Shown in pieces: positions 58,898-64,000 of a DNA stretch of 64,000 bases. The notes beneath the pieces were generated by a model. That model did not search any database and was not told where the DNA came from. It saw only the letters and a list, made by a program, of their open reading frames with translations. Made by a program: the position numbers and the translations under genes. Every line of letters starts with the position of its first letter. Position 1 is the stretch's first letter. The stretch is from Candidatus Multivoradales bacterium (lineage in GTDB: Bacteria; Acidobacteriota; Thermoanaerobaculia; Multivoradales; JAHEKO01), in the NCBI GenBank assembly GCA_965223855.1, contig CBDCXM010000009.1, positions 2,176,001 to 2,240,000 of the forward strand, in the 5' to 3' direction.

Positions 58898-61426
58898 CTA
58901 CCCCTCTGTGCCGCCGCCTCCGCCCTCGTCCGGTGCCGGGCGCACGAAGCGCTCGAACAGCTCGTAGATCCGCCGGTACTCGTTGAGCCAGCTGCTCGGC
59001 TCGCGAAAGCCGTGCGGCTCGACCGGGAAGAGCGCCGTCTCGAAGCCGGTCTTCTCGAGCTCGATCAGCCGCTGCACCAGGCGCACGGTGTCCTGGAAGA
59101 AGACGTTGTCGTCGAGCATCGGGGCGCAGATCAGCAACGGCCTCTCGAGCCCGTCGGCGAACTCGATCGGCGACGAGCGCTCGTAGGCCTCCGGATCGAC
59201 TTCCGGCGTGTTGAGGATGTTCGAGGTGTAGGGGTGGTTGTAGTGCGCCCAGTCGGTAACCGGTCGCAGCGCCGCACCGGCGGCGAAGAGATCAGGGTCC
59301 TTGAAGAGCGCCATCATGGTCATGAAGCCGCCGTAGGAGCCGCCGTAGACGCCGACACGCGCCGGGTCGACCCCCTCGTTCTCCACCAGCCAGGCGACGC
59401 CGTCCTGCAGATCCTCGAGCTCCGGCGTGCCCATGCGGCGGTAGATGGCGGTCCGCCAGTCGCGCCCGTAGCCGGCCGAGGCGCGGTAGTCCATGTCGAG
59501 CACGACGTAGCCCCGCCGGGTGAGCAGGGTGTGGAACATGAACTCGCGGAAATAGCCCGACCACCCCTTGTGGGCGTTCTGCAGATACCCGGCGCCGTGG
59601 ACGAAGACGACCGCTGGGCGCTTCCCGCCGGGCGCGTCGCCGGTGGGCCGGTAGAGGCGCGAGTAGATCGGCCGGTCGACGTAGGACGACGGCACTTCGA
59701 CGATCTCGGGTTCGTTCCAGTTCACCTCGAGGAAGGCGTCGCTGATCGTCCGGGTCACCCGGCCGGCCGGCGCGCCGGGGGCGGCGTCCTGCACGTAGAG
59801 TTCGGGCGGCCGCGTGAGGCTCGAGTGCTCGATCAGCAGCCGCTCACCGGTCGGTGACAGCCGCGCCGAGTTGAGCCCGCCGAGCCGGGTGAGCTGCTCG
59901 GTCGCTCCACCCTCGACGGCCACCCGGTAGATCTCGTAGTCGCCCGGGTGATCGACGTTGGCGCGGAAGTAGATCTGCGAACCGTCGGGCGAGACCGCCG
60001 GCTCCGAGACCGCGAACTCGCCGGCGGCGAGGGTGCGGCGATCGCTGCCGTCGGCGCGGACCGTGTAGAGGCCCGACCATCCGTCCTCCTCGGAGAGGTA
60101 GTAAAGCGTCTCGTCGTCGGGCAGCCAGCCGAGCTCGTTGTAGCGCCAGTTGATCCAGCCGGGGTCGGTCAGCCGGTGGAGCAGCCGGAGCGTCGGCTCG
60201 CCCTCCCCGTCTCCCTCGGCCGGGGGATCGACCGTGACGATCCAGCGGTCCTTGTTGTCGTAGGCGCGCAGCGCGATCGCGACATGCTCGCCGTCGTCGC
60301 TCCAGGCGAGTGTCCAGACGTAGTTGGCGCGCGGCTCCGGCTGCTTCGGCTCATCGTCGTCGGAGGCCTTGCCCCCGTCGTCGCCGTCTCCCTTGTCGCT
60401 GCCGTCCTCGCCGTCCTCCGCGGCGTCCTTGCGCGCCTCGGCCGCCGCCTTGAGGTCGGCGAGCGGATCGTCGCGCATGCCGTCGAGGTCGCCGCGATCC
60501 AGCTCCCAGTGGCGATTCTGCTCGAGGTCGACCAGCAGCAGCCGCTCGTCGAACGGTTCGGCGCTGCCGACCTTGGGGCGTACGTCGCGCGTCTCGATGT
60601 GCCCGGAGTCGGTGACCCACACCGGCATCGGCGTCCGTTCACCACGATCGAGCGTGTCGGACACCACGCCGACGATCAGCCAACGGCCGTTGGGAGAGAG
60701 CAGGCTGGTCTCGATCTCGAGCCCCTTGCCGAGATAGGTCGGCAGCGGCGCGCGGGTCGGGTCGTCGCGTTGCTCGGTCTCGGCGCGCTCCTCGGCGTCT
60801 TCACGCTTCTGCTTCTGCTCGCTCAGGTAGGTGAAGAGTCGCTGCTGCTGCGCCTCGAGGTAGGAGGGATCCTCCTCTTCGACGTTCGGGTCGTCCTCCA
60901 GCCGCAGATCGGTCAGCTGGATCTCGAGACCGTCGGCGAGGCGGCGCAGGAAGTAGTTGTCCCCTTTGCGGTAGATCACGCCGTTGCCGTCGGCGTGAAA
61001 GCAGGGGTGCGTCTCGGCCTCCGCGGTGCGGGTGAGCTGGCGGATCGTGCCGGCGGCGAGATCCCGGACGTAAAGATCGCCGTGCCGCGCGTAGACCTTG
61101 AGATTCCGGTCGGGAGAGAGCCGGTCACCGTCGACATCCACGGCGCCCCGCTCGGCGTCCTCGATCCTGCGCACCTCGCTGCCGTCGAGACTCGAGTGGA
61201 AGAGGTCGATCGCCTCGGAGCCCTCGCGCTTGCGGTGGTAGTAGAACGACTCACCGTCGTCCGCCCAGTAGGCGTTCTCGGGGGCGCGGCCCAGCCAGTC
61301 CGGATGGGCCATGATCTTCTCGAGGCTGACGACGTCCTCGGCGCCCGCCGGCGCGGCGAGGAAGCCGGTCGAGCCCAGGGCGAGAGGGACGGCGAGAAGG
61401 AGGGCGGTGGTGAGAGTGCGCTTCAT
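58898..61426 (-). CDS. S9 family (DPP IV / prolyl oligopeptidase-like) secreted serine peptidase
   Basis: Signal peptide; beta-propeller repeats; FVHGAGY, GGSYGG nucleophile, DDNV, EPHGF. Confidence 0.92.
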   Translation of the reverse strand: MKRTLTTALLLAVPLALGSTGFLAAPAGAEDVVSLEKIMAHPDWLGRAPENAYWADDGESFYYHRKREGSEAIDLFHSSLDGSEVRRIEDAERGAVDVDGDRLSPDRNLKVYARHGDLYVRDLAAGTIRQLTRTAEAETHPCFHADGNGVIYRKGDNYFLRRLADGLEIQLTDLRLEDDPNVEEEDPSYLEAQQQRLFTYLSEQKQKREDAEERAETEQRDDPTRAPLPTYLGKGLEIETSLLSPNGRWLIVGVVSDTLDRGERTPMPVWVTDSGHIETRDVRPKVGSAEPFDERLLLVDLEQNRHWELDRGDLDGMRDDPLADLKAAAEARKDAAEDGEDGSDKGDGDDGGKASDDDEPKQPEPRANYVWTLAWSDDGEHVAIALRAYDNKDRWIVTVDPPAEGDGEGEPTLRLLHRLTDPGWINWRYNELGWLPDDETLYYLSEEDGWSGLYTVRADGSDRRTLAAGEFAVSEPAVSPDGSQIYFRANVDHPGDYEIYRVAVEGGATEQLTRLGGLNSARLSPTGERLLIEHSSLTRPPELYVQDAAPGAPAGRVTRTISDAFLEVNWNEPEIVEVPSSYVDRPIYSRLYRPTGDAPGGKRPAVVFVHGAGYLQNAHKGWSGYFREFMFHTLLTRRGYVVLDMDYRASAGYGRDWRTAIYRRMGTPELEDLQDGVAWLVENEGVDPARVGVYGGSYGGFMTMMALFKDPDLFAAGAALRPVTDWAHYNHPYTSNILNTPEVDPEAYERSSPIEFADGLERPLLICAPMLDDNVFFQDTVRLVQRLIELEKTGFETALFPVEPHGFREPSSWLNEYRRIYELFERFVRPAPDEGGGGGTEG

Positions 61427-61588
61427 GGTCGAACTCCTGTCGCGAACCTGGAGCGGCTCGCCGGGGAGGCCGAGCCCGTGGGTTGGTGTCGTCGGTGGAG
61501 GGGTGCGGTCGAGATCGCTACGATGCCACAGGACGGGGATCGCGGGTTTCAGTCCCGAGCGATTCGTTCCCGGAATCTACGCCACGCC

Positions 61589-62377
61589 ATGACCGACAGC
61601 CTCGACTTCAGCGATCACTTCTCCGGCCACGCCGAGCGCTACGCGCGCCACCGGCCGACCTATCCCGAGCCACTCTTCCGCTGGCTCGCCTCCCTCGCTC
61701 CGGCGTGCGGCCTCGCCTGGGACTGCGCGACCGGCAACGGTCAATGTGCCGTGGCACTCGTCGGGCACTTCGCCCGTGTCGTGGCGACCGATGCCAGCGA
61801 GAAGCAGCTCGCCGAGGCGACTCCCGTCGAAGGCGTCGAGTACAGGGTCGAAGCCGCCGAGCGGACCTCGCTCGACGACGGCAGCGTCGACCTGGTCACC
61901 GTCGCCCAGGCGCTCCACTGGTTCGACGTCGAGGCGTTCGGCAGGGAATTCCTCCGGGTCGCCCGCCCGGGGGCCGTCCTCGCCACCTGGAGCTACGGCC
62001 GCATGCGGGTCACGCCCGAGGTCGATCGAATCGTCGGCCGGCTCATGTACGAGCGCCTGGCCGGCGACTGGCCTCCCGAGCGTTCCCACGTCGAGAACGG
62101 CTACCGCGACCTCGCCCTGCCGATCGAGCCGATCGCCGCGCCGAACTTCGAGATGACCGCCGAATGGAGCTCCCGCCAGGCGCTCGACTACATCGGCACC
62201 TGGTCGGCGGCGCGCCGGTTCGCGACTCGCGAGGGCTTCGATGCGGTGGAGGAGGTGGAAAGCGAGTTGCGGAGAGCCTGGGGAGACGGCCTCAGGACGG
62301 TGCGCTGGCCGTTGGCGTTCCGGGTGGGAGCCGCAGCGCGGCCCGGCGCTACGGCGTCGCCGGCTCGATCGGGATGA
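61589..62377 (+). CDS. Class I SAM-dependent methyltransferase
   Basis: DHFS..A..YA..RPTYP, AWDCATGNGQ, DLVTVAQALHWFD. Confidence 0.9.
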   Translation: MTDSLDFSDHFSGHAERYARHRPTYPEPLFRWLASLAPACGLAWDCATGNGQCAVALVGHFARVVATDASEKQLAEATPVEGVEYRVEAAERTSLDDGSVDLVTVAQALHWFDVEAFGREFLRVARPGAVLATWSYGRMRVTPEVDRIVGRLMYERLAGDWPPERSHVENGYRDLALPIEPIAAPNFEMTAEWSSRQALDYIGTWSAARRFATREGFDAVEEVESELRRAWGDGLRTVRWPLAFRVGAAARPGATASPARSG

Positions 62378-63260
62378 GTCCGGCCGCCCACCTGCCGACG
62401 GCGGCGAGGACCGCCTCGTCCTCGGGGCGGATCGAGTCGAAGTACGCCGGCGCCTCGTAGTAGGCCGCGAGGACCAACGGGGCACGCTCAGGCGGCCAGA
62501 CGACGGCGACATCGTTGTACTTGTTCGTCATCGTCTCGGCGACGCCCGTGCCGGTCTTGTCGCCGCTTCGCCACTCCTCAGGTAGTCCGGCCCGCAGGCG
62601 CCGACGGCCGGTACGAGTGGCGACCATCCACTCGGCGAGGGTCTCCCGTGAGGTGGAGGAGAGCAGGTCGCCGGTGACGAACCGGGCGACCGAGTGCGCC
62701 ATGGCGTGCGGCGTCGTGGTGTCCCGGACTTCGCCGGCCGGGACGAGGTTCATCTCCGGTTCGTAGCGGTCGAGGCGGGTGGTGTCGTCGCCGCTCTCGC
62801 GCAGCAGGCGGGTGAAGCCCTCGGGGCCGCCCAGGAGCTCGAGCAACAGGTTGGCGGCGACGTTGTCGCTCGTCACCTGGGTCGCCTCCGCCAGCTCGAG
62901 GACGGTCATGCTTCCCTGCTCGAGATGCTCGCTGGTGACCGGGGCGTAGAAGACCATGTCGCCGTCGTCGAACGGCACCGCCCGGTCGCCCGCGAGCCGT
63001 CCGGCGTCGATCTCGCGCAGGACCGCGCCGGCGAGGAGCACCTTGAAGGTCGAGCACATGCCGAAGCGGCGGTGGGCGCGATGGGTCGCCGTCTCTCCGG
63101 TGGCGGTGTCGAGCAGGCAGACTCCGAGCTTGCCGCCGGCCTTGGCTTCGAGCTCGGCCGGGGTCCGAGCGGGGGTCGGTGTGACGGTTTCGCCGAGGAG
63201 CCGGCTGGTCAGGGGCAGGCCGATGAGGCCCGAGACGAGAGCGCGGCGGGTGAGTTTCAC
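62349..63260 (-). CDS. Class A serine beta-lactamase with twin-arginine signal
   Basis: TRRALV Tat motif; RFGMCSTFK (S70xxK), SDN, LDRYEPEMN (R164/E166/N170), RDTTTP, GDKTG. Confidence 0.92.
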   Translation of the reverse strand: MKLTRRALVSGLIGLPLTSRLLGETVTPTPARTPAELEAKAGGKLGVCLLDTATGETATHRAHRRFGMCSTFKVLLAGAVLREIDAGRLAGDRAVPFDDGDMVFYAPVTSEHLEQGSMTVLELAEATQVTSDNVAANLLLELLGGPEGFTRLLRESGDDTTRLDRYEPEMNLVPAGEVRDTTTPHAMAHSVARFVTGDLLSSTSRETLAEWMVATRTGRRRLRAGLPEEWRSGDKTGTGVAETMTNKYNDVAVVWPPERAPLVLAAYYEAPAYFDSIRPEDEAVLAAVGRWAAGLIPIEPATP

Positions 63261-63285
63261 GGCGTGCGGACGCGCGCGCTGCACC

Positions 63286-64000
63286 TCACGAGGCGGCCTC
63301 TTCGAGCGCCGCGACGACGCCGTCCTTCGTCAGCAGCTCGCCCAGCACCAGCGGCTCTCTGCCGGGGCGGTAGAGGAGGTAGAACGGGATGCCGTAGCGA
63401 CCGTGGTCGGCGAGGAACTGCGCGATCGCGTCGTCGCGGTTGGTCCAGTCGGCCTTCATCGCCACCACGCCGTGGCGCTCGAAGGCGGCATCGATCTCCT
63501 CGGTCTCGAGCACCAGCCGCTCGTTGACCTTGCAGGTGAAGCACCAGTCGGCGGTGACGTCGACGAACACCAGCCGCCCTTCGGCGGCGAGCGCCTCCGC
63601 CTCGGCGCGGTCGAAGGTCACCCAGTCGAGCAGGGCGACCGTCTCAGCCGCGGCGAGCTTGCGGCCGGCGTCGCGGCCGGAGGCGGCGAAGTAGAGCGCC
63701 GCGACGATCGCCAGCAGGGTGCCGACATGGGCGAACCGGCGACGCCCGCCCGGCCGGTTGGCGAGCCAGACGAAGAGCGCCATCGCCAGCAGCGCCAGTT
63801 GCAGGAAGGCGAGCCGCTCCGGCGGCAGCTGCGCGGCGAGCACGTAGAAGAGCCACACCGCGGCGGCGGCGAGCAGGAAGCCCATCACCGTCCTGAGCGT
63901 CGCCATCCAGGCTCCGGGCTTCGGCAGCACTCGCGCCGCGCCGGGGAACGCGGCCAGCAGCAGGTAGGGGAGCGCCATGCCGACGCCGACCGCCGTGAAG
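63286..64000 (-). CDS. dsbD: Protein-disulfide reductase DsbD family (C-terminal part; 5' end outside the window)
   Basis: GMALPY...LPKPGAWM TM segment; thioredoxin domain VFVDVTADWCFTCK, ADWT, GIPFY. Confidence 0.85.
   Translation of the reverse strand, partial: FTAVGVGMALPYLLLAAFPGAARVLPKPGAWMATLRTVMGFLLAAAAVWLFYVLAAQLPPERLAFLQLALLAMALFVWLANRPGGRRRFAHVGTLLAIVAALYFAASGRDAGRKLAAAETVALLDWVTFDRAEAEALAAEGRLVFVDVTADWCFTCKVNERLVLETEEIDAAFERHGVVAMKADWTNRDDAIAQFLADHGRYGIPFYLLYRPGREPLVLGELLTKDGVVAALEEAAS

Noticed and set aside
58734-58967. Small ORF with a hydrophobic stretch (FLLEAFFGLGALALIAVLA) after the repeat operon
   Set aside because: Overlaps the S9 peptidase 3' end by 70 nt, has a weak RBS and no recognisable family
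55306-63260. Classical BlaI-BlaR1-beta-lactamase induction circuit
   Set aside because: The M56 protein lacks a penicillin-binding sensor (no SxxK/SxN/KTG domain), and the beta-lactamase follows dsbD with no visible operator

Overview
High-GC (roughly 70% by eye, not computed) bacterial chromosomal segment. It is most consistent with an Acidobacteriota (Thermoanaerobaculia-like) genome; this is inferred from an acidobacterial-type secreted VWA protein and a Deltaproteobacteria-like gene order (pilT-recX-alaS, MglA-type GTPase). About 57 CDS are supportable, mostly housekeeping: UDP-glucuronate sugar genes with mlaEFD, plsC, mrp-lpxH-phnP-aroA, mglA-like/nrdR/lon/thiL, hrcA-grpE-dnaK-dnaJ-rsmE, pilT-recX-alaS-slt-pgsA-mmpL-ffh, rpsP-khpA-rimM-trmD-rplS-rnhB, icd, mscS, an S9 peptidase, a class A beta-lactamase and a partial dsbD. 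I found no rRNA, tRNA, CRISPR array, transposase or integrase. The most notable items are: (1) a BlaI / M56 protease / secreted protein trio in which the M56 sensor domain and the secreted product are built from the same 28-29 aa RxHG repeat, controlled by a visible tandem palindromic operator over a probably leaderless promoter; (2) a 183-bp TA-flanked intergenic long hairpin whose mismatches are almost all G-U compatible on the minus strand; (3) a basic protein with tandem AT-hook + MerR-type HTH modules, a candidate nucleoid or silencer protein; (4) an MglA GTPase fused to a long acidic tail, plus an SgmX-like TPR protein, PilT and an orphan PilB/GspE, suggesting Myxococcus-like polarity control; (5) a ClpX paralog lacking its zinc domain and its GYVG, RKH and IGF loops. 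All product calls come from motif recognition by eye; no database search was run.
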